A stretch of 32,000 nucleotides of DNA from sequence record KJ959591.1; one strand, written 5' to 3'. The stretch is from Pseudomonas phage PAN70. The notes under the pieces are model-generated. The model made no database searches. It saw only the letters and a list, made by a program, of their open reading frames with translations, and had not been told where the DNA came from. Shown here one piece after another: positions 1 through 10,435 of this stretch (its first letter is position 1; every line of letters starts with the position of its first letter). A program made the translations under genes and the position numbers.

Positions 1-26
1 ACGGCAGCAACGATCGAGGAGGAAGC

Positions 27-497
27 ATGAAGCCGAACGTGCTCACGATCGGCCGCTTGGCCTTGCTGGCGCGCCTGCAAACCATCACGCCAAACCAGGG
101 ATACCGGACAGACGCTGGCACTCGTGTGCTCTCCGGGTGGTTTAACGAACTGGTCAAGGAACGGCACGAGGGCTTTCCGCTGATTGTCGTCCAGCCCGGC
201 AAGGAGCAGCCGCCGGAGCATCTTGATGCCGCCGTTCGCTTCCATCGCGGCTTCGACGTGGTAGGCGCGGTGCAAGGTGGGTATGACCACTATGAGGAGG
301 CTCTGGAGGACCTACAGCTAGACCTTTTGGCGTGCCTGATGCCTGCCCCCAAGGGGCATTTCCTGCGCTGGCTGCCCCGAGAGCGCGGCATTACCGGGCT
401 GACGTTGGGGGCGCCTGAGCCGTACCCGCCGGGTGATGGAGTGGCCGCTGCCGTGATTCGAATCCCTGTCTATCTGAAAACCATCATCGAGGGGTAA
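27..497 (+). CDS. phage tail terminator/minor tail-type protein, upstream of the tail tube gene
   Basis: 156-aa ORF immediately upstream of the tube-like gene; position and size fit a tail-terminator-type protein. Confidence 0.5.
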   Translation: MKPNVLTIGRLALLARLQTITPNQGYRTDAGTRVLSGWFNELVKERHEGFPLIVVQPGKEQPPEHLDAAVRFHRGFDVVGAVQGGYDHYEEALEDLQLDLLACLMPAPKGHFLRWLPRERGITGLTLGAPEPYPPGDGVAAAVIRIPVYLKTIIEG

Positions 498-500
498 CCC

Positions 501-695
501 ATGAAGAGCGATCCCCAGGTGCCGGCCACGGTCGACGCCGCGCCTCCGGCTGCACTGAACAAAGCCGTCGAGGTCACCCTGGCCACGGTGCATTGGCACC
601 AGGGCGAGGAGAAGGCGGCCGGCGAAAAGATCAACGTCAGCCCTGACCAGGTTGAATTCCTGCGCCGCGAAGGCGTGATCAAGAAGGAGGCCTGA
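501..695 (+). CDS. small hypothetical phage protein of the tail module
   Basis: 64-aa ORF (MKSDPQVPATVDA...) tightly packed between tail genes. Confidence 0.6.
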   Translation: MKSDPQVPATVDAAPPAALNKAVEVTLATVHWHQGEEKAAGEKINVSPDQVEFLRREGVIKKEA

Positions 696-696
696 T

Positions 697-1449
697 ATGG
701 CTATCGAGAAAGAGACGTACGTGATCGGCGGCTGGCTTAAGGCACGCGAGGCAGGGACTACAGGGCCTTTCAAGAAGGTAGGTCTGGTATCCACCATTCA
801 GCAGACCATCGAGAGCAGTGAGATCACGCTACCCGACACCACCACTCCGCAGGGCGGCGAGTACGACTCGGTATCGCGCATCTCCTCGGTCGGCCTGGGG
901 ATCAACTTCCGCGAACTGCATACCTCGATGCTGGCGGCCCTGATGTGGGGCGACGCCACCAACGTTCCCTCTGCCACCCACACCGACGAAGCGCACACCG
1001 CCGTTCCGGGAGGCACGATCGCGCTCGACTTCATGCCGCTGGAGATCACCAGCGTGAAGAGCGATGACGGCACCACTACCTACGAAGAGTTCGACGACTG
1101 GAACATGACCGGAGCTGGCCTCGAAATCGTTGAAGGGGGTGCGATCTCTGCGGCCACACCGATCAAGGTGACCTACAAGTCCGCCACCGTCGATGTGATC
1201 GAGGCGCTGACCAACAGCGGCAAGACGTTCGAGTTCCTCTTCGAGGGCGAGAACGCCGCTGGTACCCAGCGGCGCATCCAGGCGCGCTACTTCCTCTGCC
1301 GCTTAAACCCGTCGAGCCAGCAGGATTGGATCAACACCGAAGACTTCCTGGCCGCCGAGGCCACTGCCAAGGTGCTGATGGACCCAACCAAGGTCGGTGC
1401 TGGAAAGTCGAAGTACTTCAACATCAAGAAGGAACTGGCGACGGTGTGA
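697..1449 (+). CDS. major tail tube protein
   Basis: 250 aa, MAIEKETYVIGGWLKAREAG...; acidic beta-rich protein before the chaperone and tape measure. Confidence 0.7.
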   Translation: MAIEKETYVIGGWLKAREAGTTGPFKKVGLVSTIQQTIESSEITLPDTTTPQGGEYDSVSRISSVGLGINFRELHTSMLAALMWGDATNVPSATHTDEAHTAVPGGTIALDFMPLEITSVKSDDGTTTYEEFDDWNMTGAGLEIVEGGAISAATPIKVTYKSATVDVIEALTNSGKTFEFLFEGENAAGTQRRIQARYFLCRLNPSSQQDWINTEDFLAAEATAKVLMDPTKVGAGKSKYFNIKKELATV

Positions 1450-1497
1450 CGCCGTTCATGCCCGGCAGGGACGCCGGATGTGGGCTCGCCCGCGTGG

Positions 1498-1506
1498 TGC
1501 TACAGT
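1498..1506 (+). promoter_or_regulatory. candidate extended -10 promoter (TGC-TACAGT) for the pilin-like cassette
   Basis: TGnTACAGT just upstream of the 1531 ORF; no good -35 seen. Confidence 0.35.
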
Positions 1507-1530
1507 GGCGGCATTTAGGGAGGGGTTGAA

Positions 1531-2172
1531 ATGTACTCTAGGTCGCGCGGATTTACCCTTGTCGAGCTGATGGTCATTGTCGTGCTTTTGGGTGTCATGG
1601 TCGCTTTCGCCATTCCGTCGTTTGTGAATCTCATAAAAGGCAATAGCATGGCCTCGGCGCGCAATGATTTGCAAAAGAGCCTCGATTATGCGCGTGCGAT
1701 GGCCATGACAAATAAGACCGGGGCGCAGGTCTGCGTAGCTGATGGGACAATAACTATCAGCAATGCACGTAAAGCGGAAAAGATCATAACCGGCGGAAGC
1801 GGGGACGCTGTTCAGTACGGATTTAAGTATGACTGGGAAGTCGCAAGTAAGCTCTCGTCTAAAGAGTACAAAGTTATCGGCTCCAATGAACTAGATTCTG
1901 GCTGTGTTGTATTTGCTTACAATGGCTCAATACCTGAGATTGCTAAGAAGGCGCCGAAGTCTCCTAAGCCACCTATTAGTTCTGATGGTAAGTGTGACAC
2001 CAGTTCTTCGCCTCCTCCTTATGTCAATAAGGCCGGGTTCTTCGGCCGCTCAGATGGCTCTGCCGATCCGGAGTGGGAGCTGATCTTCAACGGCGCCGGT
2101 TTCTACGTTGTCAGAAAGCCTGGGGAGGCTGACTTTACAAGTGAGCAGTCTTGGGACGCTTCTGGCTGCTGA
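1531..2172 (+). CDS. type IV pilin-like / GspH-FimT-like pseudopilin
   Basis: MYSRSRG|FTLVELMVIVVLLGVMVAFAIPSFVNLI class III prepilin signal with Glu+5 and hydrophobic helix, followed by ARNDLQKSLDYARAMAMTNKT; SD AGGGAGG upstream. Confidence 0.9.
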   Translation: MYSRSRGFTLVELMVIVVLLGVMVAFAIPSFVNLIKGNSMASARNDLQKSLDYARAMAMTNKTGAQVCVADGTITISNARKAEKIITGGSGDAVQYGFKYDWEVASKLSSKEYKVIGSNELDSGCVVFAYNGSIPEIAKKAPKSPKPPISSDGKCDTSSSPPPYVNKAGFFGRSDGSADPEWELIFNGAGFYVVRKPGEADFTSEQSWDASGC

Positions 2173-2192
2173 TTGTTTTATTTCAGTTGCCG

Positions 2193-2220
2193 ACCCCGCT
2201 ACTCGCGGGGTTTTCTTTTT
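2193..2220 (+). terminator. rho-independent terminator after the pilin-like gene
   Basis: CCCCGC-tactc-GCGGGG followed by TTTTCTTTTT. Confidence 0.9.
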
Positions 2221-2233
2221 TATGGAGTCGAAA

Positions 2234-2536
2234 ATGTCCACATTCACAGCAAGTCGGGTTGTTGATATTGATGGCGTTGAGTTGACCGTGCGAGAACTTA
2301 GCGTTGCGGATGTTCGAAAGCTAATGCAAGAGGTCAGTGACCAAGATCTCGTCAGTAATGCTCTCTTCGAAGATATCAGGCTTTCCGATCTGTGCCTGAT
2401 GACGTCGGTTACGAAGAACCAAATTAACGATCTCCGGCCTAGCCAACTCGCCAAGTTGCGGGATGCATGTAAAGAGGTGAACCCGCATTTTTTCGGAATG
2501 CTGGGCCGTCTCTCGAAACTCCGCGACAAGCCATAA
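2234..2536 (+). CDS. tail assembly chaperone (short, G-like form)
   Basis: MSTFTASRVVDIDGVELTVREL...; SD GGAG upstream of ATG 2234; position directly before the tape measure gene. Confidence 0.75.
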   Translation: MSTFTASRVVDIDGVELTVRELSVADVRKLMQEVSDQDLVSNALFEDIRLSDLCLMTSVTKNQINDLRPSQLAKLRDACKEVNPHFFGMLGRLSKLRDKP

Positions 2537-2637
2537 GGAGTTTGGAGCGCGCCATTTGCGTTCTGGTGAGGCTTGGGCATCACCACGTCCTTGAATATCC
2601 CTGGTCGCTGTTCTTGACCGCGCTGAAGGCTGAATGA
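2234..2637 (+). CDS. predicted -1 frameshift product of the tail assembly chaperone (G-T-like fusion, 134 aa)
   Basis: slippery heptamer T_TTT_TTC at 2488-2494; -1 frame open from 2473 to TGA 2635-2637, encoding ...SLERAICVLVRLGHHHVLEYPWSLFLTALKAE. Confidence 0.7.
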
Positions 2638-2638
2638 A

Positions 2639-5120
2639 ATGGCTGACGTAAAGATCCGGCTGACCGCTGACCTCGATGATGCGCTGCGCGAGGTGTCAGG
2701 CTTCCGCAAGGAATATGCCGAACTAGTCAGGCAGGTCGCGCAACCTCTCAAGCGTTTAAACGATTTCACTGCTCTCGAAAGCACCCTCGAGGACACGCAA
2801 CGCCAGGCGCGCTCGGCGCGCGAGCAGATCCGCACACTCGGCAACGAGCTGGCATCGACGATCAGGCCGAGTCGCGAATTGCAGCAGGCTTACCGGGACT
2901 CCATTTCGGACCTGCGAAGCCTGGAGCGGGCAGAGACCGTCCAGGTAGCCAAGCTCGGAGCGATGCGCCGGGAGTTGAAGCAGGCCGGGCTGGATACGAG
3001 GAGCCTGACATCCGAACGGCAGCGGCTCCAGCGGGAGCTGGATCGAAACCTCCAGGCGGGCCGGAATGATGCGGCCACCACCAGCCTCCGGCAACAGGCC
3101 GCAGCGATCAAGCAGAGCGCGATAGAGCAGCGCCGATTCAACTTGGAGCAAGCGCGTAGCACCCTGGGAGTCGCCAGGGTGCGCGAACTGCAGGCTGCTA
3201 TCGGGCAGTTGAACCAGCAATATCGCTTGCTTCGGTCGAGCGGAACGCTGTCCACAAGGGAACTTGCCGTTGCGCAGCGGGCGCTCAAAAAGCAGATCGC
3301 GGAGACCAAGAGCGAACTCAACTCGCTTGGCGCCGGCTCGCGGCTGTCGAGCATCGGCTCTCTCCGCGGGAGCGGTCCAGCGCTGGCGGTGGCGGGTCTC
3401 GCAGCCGCAGTAGGGGCTGCAACGGCGAAGCTAGCGAACGGCGCCGACACTGTTGGCCGGCTCGATTCCCGCTTCGCCTGGCGACCCGCTCGCAGGAAGA
3501 GTTCAACACCGCGCAGATCGAACTCGACCGTATCGCGGATGATGTTCAGGCGACGTCGGCGACCTCATCGGCCTTTATTCGCGGTTGCAGCGCCCTCTGC
3601 GGGATGCGGGCATGGATCAGCGCGCCGCCCTCGAAACCGTAGAGGCGGTATCCCTTGGCCTGAAAATCGGTGGAGCCTCTGCCGAGGAGTCGGCGTCGGT
3701 CATTACCCAGTTCTCCCAGGCCATCGCCAGTGGCGTCCTGCGGGGCGAAGAGTTCAATACCGTTCTGGAGTCCTCGGATCGCATTGCTGGCGCCCTGGCG
3801 GACTCCTTCGGGGTGACTGTTGGCCGGCTTCGTGAGATGGCTGCCGCCGGTGAGCTGACGTCGGAGCAGATCGTTATCGCGCTGCGGAAGGAACTTCCGA
3901 AGCTCCGCGAGGAGATGGCTTCGTTTGCGCCGGAGATCGGCGCGGGGCTGAACCGGATCTTTTCCGAAACCCAGAAATATTGGGGGCGCAGAGCGAAGAA
4001 TACAGGCATCGTCGATTGGGTTGCGAACCAGTTGAACGATGTTGCCAAGTCGATCAACACGGCGACTACGCTGGTGAAAAAGGGCGAGGGCAGCCTCACG
4101 GCCACCCTCGCCGCCGAGAAGGCGCGTCAAGAGCAGATCGTGAAGCGCCAGAACGATGCCCTGAAGCGGGCTCGGGATCAGAACGTCGCCGATCTCCAGT
4201 CTGAGGTTGTTCGGACCAAGGCCCTACTTGAGCAGTCCACCAAGAACCTCAACGACGCGCTTTCGCGCCAGGCAGATGTCCGCAAGGAGTTTGCCGACCT
4301 GGTGAAGGGTATCCAGGCGACGCCCACCTCCGGAACGCAGACCTTCGGTGATGCCACTGCGGCCCAGGCCTCGGCTCGCAACGCGCTGACCGCCGGCAAC
4401 AATCAAAAGGCGATCGAGGAGGCGCGCCGCGCGCTGCAGATCCTCCAGCAACTGAAGGACGCTGGCGCGAACAGCTACGGCTTCGAAGGCGTGGCCAAGG
4501 AGGTGGAGCGCATCGCCAACAAGGCCGCAGAGGTCGAGGCTGGTAATGCCAAGGCTGCGGATGACGTCAACCGCCTGAACCTGGCCGACCTCGAGGAGCG
4601 CATCAAGGCTGTGCAAAACGTCGAGGTGTCGTTCGGAATGGACTTCGAAAGCGCGGAGACCTTGAAGCAACAGGTCGCCGACATCGCCGCCGGCCTGGCT
4701 GAGCAACTCGTGATACCTATCACGCTGGTTCCGCCTCCGGAGATGGGCTTGCCTGGCTTGCCCAGCATCACCCCCAAGATACCCGGGTTTGCCACTGGTA
4801 CGCAGAGCGCTCCCCCTGGTATGGCGTGGGTTGGGGAGCGTGGGCCGGAGTTGATGATGATGCGGGGAGGAGAGCGCATCTTCAACGCGGTGCAGTCGCT
4901 GCAGATGTCGCAGAGGTATCAACGAACTCTCCCCGAGATACCCGAGATTCCGACCGCGGCGCTTCAGCAGGCGAATCCGCTGGCAGCCATGCAAAACCTG
5001 GGATCGCTGACCCTCAACCTGGGTGGAGACGATGCCGGCTTCACCGTTTTCGGGACACACGACACGCTCCGAGACATACGCAAGGCCGCCTCGAAGTTCG
5101 GGCGGACGCGCCCAAAATGA
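2639..5120 (+). CDS. tape measure protein, interrupted by two -1 lesions (near 3470-3473 and 3553-3556)
   Basis: coiled-coil N-terminus; homologous-looking reading passes from ORF 2639-3835 through an unlisted middle frame into ORF 3585-5120 ([26 protein letters not shown] / [35 protein letters not shown]). Confidence 0.85.
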
Positions 5121-5122
5121 CC

Positions 5123-5147
5123 AAGCCCGCCTCGCGCGGGCTTTTTT
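5123..5147 (+). terminator. rho-independent terminator after the tape measure gene
   Basis: AAGCCCGC-ctcgc-GCGGGC followed by TTTTTT. Confidence 0.8.
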
Positions 5148-5159
5148 ATGGAGTTGGGA

Positions 5160-5681
5160 ATGATCATTCCGAACGTGATGCTCGGGGGAATACCGATCGT
5201 GATACACGGTGGCGCCCCGCAGTGTCAGTACCAGTCTGTAGATGGCGGCGTCGAGCGATTGAGGCTCAGCGGAGGTGCGGCAGTACAGATGACGCACTGG
5301 CGCAAGACGGCAATCACCATCAGCGGTTCAGGGTGGATCGGTACGGGGATGCTTGGGCTCGACTTCGACAGCCCGCTGGAGCTGCGATGCAATGCGTCGC
5401 TTGGCATCTCGGGTCGTACTGCCGCCGACCGAGTATTCACCATCCCGGGCGAGGTTCGGCCGGACGCCGGTCCATGGGGGCTGGCGCTGGTCGGTCGTGA
5501 GTGGGTCAGAACGGACGTCTCGTCTGCCGGCCAGGTGGTGACTGTGTCGGAGATCCCGGGCGCGCAACTCTACCGCGTAGAGTGGTGGCCGCTGTTCCAC
5601 GTCTTCGCGTCGGTCCCTCCTGAAGCGCTTGATTCTTCGAACAACAGCCGGACCTGGCAAATTGTCGCTGAGGAAATCTGA
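5160..5681 (+). CDS. phage minor tail / distal tail-type protein
   Basis: MIIPNVMLGGIPIVIHGGAPQCQYQ...; SD GGAG; follows tape measure gene. Confidence 0.55.
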   Translation: MIIPNVMLGGIPIVIHGGAPQCQYQSVDGGVERLRLSGGAAVQMTHWRKTAITISGSGWIGTGMLGLDFDSPLELRCNASLGISGRTAADRVFTIPGEVRPDAGPWGLALVGREWVRTDVSSAGQVVTVSEIPGAQLYRVEWWPLFHVFASVPPEALDSSNNSRTWQIVAEEI

Positions 5682-7377
5682 TGCTCAACGGTGGACCGCT
5701 CAATAGCGCTGAGCTGAACTCGGCCGCTCAATCCGTTGTGCCTGGTCCTGAGCCGATCATTCCAGGCTACGCTTTCACCTGGCGAGCAATCGTGCGTGTT
5801 GGCGATGACGACGTTACACCGCTCCTGACCGGGGAGATCGAGGTCGATCGTGAAGAGGGGGCGGCTGGCGTCGCTTCCTTTTCGATCTATCTCGCGACGG
5901 CCCTGTTGTCCCTACGGACTGGATTGGTCGAACCGTAACCATCGACTACGCAACGGAGACCGCCGGCGAGCTGAGTCAGGGCCGGCGGTTTACGGGAAGG
6001 GTTACGCAGCCAGCCTGGAATCCTGTTCGGCGCGTCTTGGACGTCAGTTGCACGGACCAATTGCAGCAGCGTGTAGAGGCCATGGAGATTGCGGCCGTCG
6101 ACGCCCTGGTCGGCGGCGCCTGGTCCGCCGATGTGTTCGAGCCGGTCGATGGGCGCTCACGATGGGACTACGCCCAGGAGCGTTTGACCAGCGTTACTGG
6201 GAGCTTGGACTGTTCGCCATATGGTGCTCTCCGCGTCACGTCATGGCTTTCGGTGGTTCCTGCCTTCGAGTTCGGCCAAGGCTCTACGGTATACGGGTCG
6301 CTTGCGGTCGAGTTGGCCGACCTGAGTTCGCAGACGAACAGGATCGAGATCGAGTGCGACTACCGATTCAGCCGGCTCTGGCAGTTGAACGCATCGTATG
6401 GATGGCAGCACCCCGGGACGGGTAACGCTGTTGGCGAGGCGGGGTTCTGTAATTGGCGCGGCGACGACACCGAGCTACCGGATGTCGAGATGATCACCTC
6501 AGCGACCGAAAGCAGCGGCCAGACGTTGTTCTATGCGACCTGGTATCCACTTCCGCCCACGGGCGTCTACTGCAATCCGCCGGCGGCATGGAGAAATGAC
6601 TTCACAGAGCTGCTGCTCGGCGGAAATTGGATAGCTGGCCGGCGCTGGGTGCAGTCCGTCACAGAGCGCTACCGGCTGGTCATGGAAGTTCAGCCGAGCG
6701 TGGCGGCGACCGGCCCGATTGTCGGTCGGCAGCGTGCCTCGTTCGAGATCGAGTCGGACAGGGCCGAGCGCTGGGAAAGCGAGCCGATCACCGGCGGCAG
6801 CACCGGCCACGACGACGAGAAGGATGGCAACCGGCGTTTATCCGCGCTGAACTGCCTGCTCGCTCAGGGAGCAACGACGCTTATTGCTGCGCACCGTGGC
6901 ACGACCGTGACCTGGGATGTTCCGACATCCATGGTCTTGCCGATCGATCTGGTGCATACGCTCCGCCTCGATGATCAGGGCGCGCGGGCGGTGGGCAAGT
7001 GTCGGCGCATTGTCGACCGGCTCGACCTCGCATCCGGAAGCGCCCTGACCACGATCTCTATCGCGGTGATGCGAGGCGGCGCTGGCGCAGCAGATCCCCT
7101 TGTTCCGCCGGCTGGCTCGTCCGATCCCGCCAGCCCACCGTCGGGCGGTGGCCAACTTACGACGCAGCTCGGAGGTCGCAACGGAAGTCCCGCGTATGAC
7201 GATGAGGCGGATGGTTTCTCGGGCAACTGGAGCAATCGCGATCCCGGCGCCGAACTGTTCCCGCGGCGCTTCTCGTTGACCGCGAAAGACATTCCGGAGA
7301 CCTACAGGGACGAGCATGCGCCTGAGATCGCGGCCACCTACCGGGTATCCGTGCCTGACGACTTACTGGAGATGTAG
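5681..7377 (+). CDS. large tail protein, interrupted by one -1 lesion near 5897-5900
   Basis: ORF 5681-5938 and ORF 6037-7377 join through GPVVPTDWIGRTVTIDYATETAGELSQGRRFTGRVTQPAWNPVRRVLDVSCTDQ in the downstream frame. Confidence 0.6.
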
Positions 7378-7379
7378 CG

Positions 7380-7789
7380 ATGGCGAGAGCTGGATCAACA
7401 ACTGGAAGACGACGCTGAGCGCCGGCCTTTCGCCTGGCGAGTTGAGCCTGACGGTGCCGGATGCTGCCGCCGCGCTGCTGCCGCTCTCTGGCGGTAACTG
7501 GGTGCTGTTGACGCTGGCGGATGCTGCCGGCGCTCAGCATGAGATCGTGAAAGCAACCGCCCGCGCCGGTGGGATGGTGACGATCGAGCGCGCCCAAGAA
7601 GCCACCGCCGCCGGCAACTGGCCGGCGGGGTCGGCGATCTATGCAGCCGTCACGGCCGGCGATCTCATGGCACTGCAAGCGCGAATCGCGGCCTTGGAGG
7701 GCGGCACTCCCGACGGAGCCCTGGTCGATGCGAGCGGTTCGGCTCTCGTCGATGGCGCCGGAAACAACCTGATCATGGAGAACATTTGA
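7380..7789 (+). CDS. small phage tail-module protein; start appears separated from the body by a -1 lesion near 7383-7385
   Basis: adding one base after ATGGC gives MAESWINNWKTTLSAGLSPGELSLTVPDAAAALLPL... Confidence 0.6.
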
Positions 7790-8334
7790 TGGCAACTGTT
7801 ACGCACGTCCTGTCCGGTGCTGGCGCTCCACCCTCGGCCCCGCCCAGCGTGGGCGCTCATTACGTAAACACGACAAACGGTGACCAATACCTTGCCAAGG
7901 GCACGGCCTCTGCGGCGGATTGGGTGAAGCAGGGCGGCGGCGGTGGAAGCGCTCCCTCCGAAGTACTGCACATAACTGGCGCGGGCAATTTCTCGCTTGG
8001 GCCGCAGCACGCTGTTGTCGAGGCGCCTCTGAATAACATTCCTGAGAACGAGATCGGGGCTGTCGATATCGATCCAGCCTCTTCTCGGCAGTTTGATTTG
8101 CACGTCAAGGGGACCGCAGATTCGGTGTTTTTCGTCAGTACCGCTGGTGGCGTCGACTTGCCGGGCGGGACGTTCATTGTCGGGATGCAGAGGAATTGGG
8201 CTTCAACCCGAGAGTATGGATTCCAGATCCGAGGTGTGGACCTGGCTGGCGAGGCCTGGGCGCGGGTGTATTACGACGCCAGCGCCGGAACGATGACCAT
8301 GGTGGTGCTCGCTGACGTGCCAGTACCGGCATAA
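7789..8334 (+). CDS. phage tail/structural hypothetical protein
   Basis: MATVTHVLSGAGAPPSAPPSVGAHYVNTTNGDQYLAKGTAS... Confidence 0.6.
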   Translation: MATVTHVLSGAGAPPSAPPSVGAHYVNTTNGDQYLAKGTASAADWVKQGGGGGSAPSEVLHITGAGNFSLGPQHAVVEAPLNNIPENEIGAVDIDPASSRQFDLHVKGTADSVFFVSTAGGVDLPGGTFIVGMQRNWASTREYGFQIRGVDLAGEAWARVYYDASAGTMTMVVLADVPVPA

Positions 8335-8346
8335 CGGAGGTGGATC

Positions 8347-8751
8347 GTGGCTCTATCAGATGAGCGCCGCGGCATCGGCGCGAGGAACGAAGCGATCCGC
8401 CGCGCCGGCGGCCAGCGGGTTGAAGCGGAGCGCCGCGGTGACCAGGGCTTGACCGCAGCGCTCAACCGGCTGATCGAGCCGGAGCGTCAGGCACGCGCAC
8501 TGCGCAAGATCGATCCGCGCGGCGCTCTGGATGCCGCGCGCGGCAGGGCCGACTACAACCCCGCAGGCAAGCAGATCGGCGGGGGCGGTGTGTCCTGGCC
8601 GTTGGCCGAAACCGACAAGTCGAAGCGCACGGTGGCCGATGAAGAGATCGTGAGCACCGATGGCCTGGTTGTCGTTGTGTTCAAGCGCGTCACCAGCTTC
8701 GAGATGCAGGATGGCGGCGAGAATATCGGCCGCATGGAGTTCAAGGCATGA
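8347..8751 (+). CDS. hypothetical phage protein (GTG start)
   Basis: 134-aa ORF with 4-bp overlap with the next gene. Confidence 0.6.
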   Translation: MALSDERRGIGARNEAIRRAGGQRVEAERRGDQGLTAALNRLIEPERQARALRKIDPRGALDAARGRADYNPAGKQIGGGGVSWPLAETDKSKRTVADEEIVSTDGLVVVVFKRVTSFEMQDGGENIGRMEFKA

Positions 8752-10406
8752 ACCAACTTATGCCCTGGGACGGCGAGGTCGTTCGCATGGGCTGGCCGTG
8801 GCACGGAAAGATCCGCCAGCCGGACAAGGATCTGGCCGGCTACGTCACCCTGCCGAACGGGGCGACGCGCCCAGCGATCGCGTACTACGGCACCTGGCCG
8901 ATGAATCATACGCATCTGTTCGACATGGGCCTGCCGGACCAGGACGACCCGCAGGTCGAGGAGCAGGGCGGGAAGTGGTGGGGGCGAACGATCCTCCGAG
9001 GCGGAGGCAATTACGACTATCAGTTGTACTACGGCGGCGCGACGACCTCGGCCGAGGGGCAGTCCTACACTGGTGAAGCTCCGTTCAGGGGGCTTCCTCT
9101 CTGGTGGGATAGCGACGAGGAACCGCGCCGCCCGCTGTATGTAGATATCTACCTCAATTTGGAGCAGGGTAGCTACTACCTCGATTTTTGGACAAAGGGC
9201 GGAACGATTCACGCCCTTCGGAAGAAGATAACGCTTGAGGATGTTGGGCAGGGCGCAGGACAGCCAGAGTGCGCGGTAAAAGATCTGCTCGGGAGCAACT
9301 TCGACTACTGGTTTTTCGGTGAAAACGTCAAGCTGGACTACCTGAAGCTGCTGGGGGTCTACCGAAATCGGTTGCTGCTGGGGGTGGTGGTGACACAGGG
9401 TGAAGGGATGCGGCAGATTGACCCTCCGCCCGGAACGTCGGTGGTCAGCGGTTCGTCCCCGTCTGGAGCCCCTCAGGGGTTGTATGGTCTCGTCGAGGTG
9501 ACCATTGCCCCGGATATCCGAGATCCAGAGGCGGATCACAGTCAGACGGTCACAATAGACGTGATCGAGAATCGCCAGGCCGCGCTCGGTAATCCGGTTC
9601 ATCAGGTGACCGACGAGAGCAGTCAGCCGGGCGATCCCATCGAAACTACGCTCTATCGAGAGGAGTGGAACCAGACCTCCGGGTTGCTGACCGCCTGGTA
9701 TGACGCTCAGGGAAACATCCATACCGCGCGCTACAACCGACGCCACTATGCGCTCAAGGAGTACCGCAATGAGCCCGGCGTGACGACAAGAACAGCGACG
9801 GAGCGAACAAGCGAGGTTGCGCTGTTGAGCGGCTCCGGGTCAGCTGTCGACAGCTCCGTGCTGACCGAGCAGTTCGAGGCGATCTACATCCCAGGGACAG
9901 GACTGCAGATCACTCGGACGGTGAAGTGTACGGGGGAGCCGGATGACGTCACGACTTATACCGACCCAGACCATACGGGTGGTCCAGTGGTTACCCCGCC
10001 GACGACGACATTCCCCCCAGGTATGCATATCGTCAACACCGTTGTGACCTACCAGTGGCTGGTGAACGGCGAGAACATGCTGGCCAATCAGGACCAGCAT
10101 CAGGTGTGGCTCGCCGCGCTGAGCAACAACAGCGCAGCCATCTGCCACATCCGCGATCCGTTCGACTATCCCGAGGGGCAGACCACAACGACCGTCAGCG
10201 TTCGCCAGGGGCCGGCCGTGCACCTTGGCGGCGTGACCTCTGGAACGGTTACCGACACCCTGACCAAGAGTAAGCCAGCGCATGAGTACCGGCGCGGATT
10301 TTTCTGGGAGCCAGCCGACCGCTGGGTGCGAGCCAGTTGCAACCCGATCACCGGAGAGCTCTCTCGCGGCCCGGAGTGCATCCAGTACCTGACCAGTTGG
10401 GTTTAG
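8748..10406 (+). CDS. large structural/tail hypothetical protein
   Basis: 552-aa ORF, 4-bp ATGA overlap with upstream gene. Confidence 0.65.
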   Translation: MNQLMPWDGEVVRMGWPWHGKIRQPDKDLAGYVTLPNGATRPAIAYYGTWPMNHTHLFDMGLPDQDDPQVEEQGGKWWGRTILRGGGNYDYQLYYGGATTSAEGQSYTGEAPFRGLPLWWDSDEEPRRPLYVDIYLNLEQGSYYLDFWTKGGTIHALRKKITLEDVGQGAGQPECAVKDLLGSNFDYWFFGENVKLDYLKLLGVYRNRLLLGVVVTQGEGMRQIDPPPGTSVVSGSSPSGAPQGLYGLVEVTIAPDIRDPEADHSQTVTIDVIENRQAALGNPVHQVTDESSQPGDPIETTLYREEWNQTSGLLTAWYDAQGNIHTARYNRRHYALKEYRNEPGVTTRTATERTSEVALLSGSGSAVDSSVLTEQFEAIYIPGTGLQITRTVKCTGEPDDVTTYTDPDHTGGPVVTPPTTTFPPGMHIVNTVVTYQWLVNGENMLANQDQHQVWLAALSNNSAAICHIRDPFDYPEGQTTTTVSVRQGPAVHLGGVTSGTVTDTLTKSKPAHEYRRGFFWEPADRWVRASCNPITGELSRGPECIQYLTSWV

Positions 10407-10435
10407 CCCCTCTCACTACATCAAGGAGAAGCCGC

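Noticed and set aside
3470-3556. Programmed frameshifting in the tape measure gene
   Set aside because: No slippery sequence at either site, two lesions about 80 nt apart, and several other genes show the same -1 defect; error or decay is simpler.
3414-3835. C-terminal part of ORF 2639-3835 ([28 protein letters not shown]...) as a real Arg-rich domain
   Set aside because: It is out-of-frame translation beyond the lesion at about 3470; the in-frame continuation is a normal tape measure sequence.
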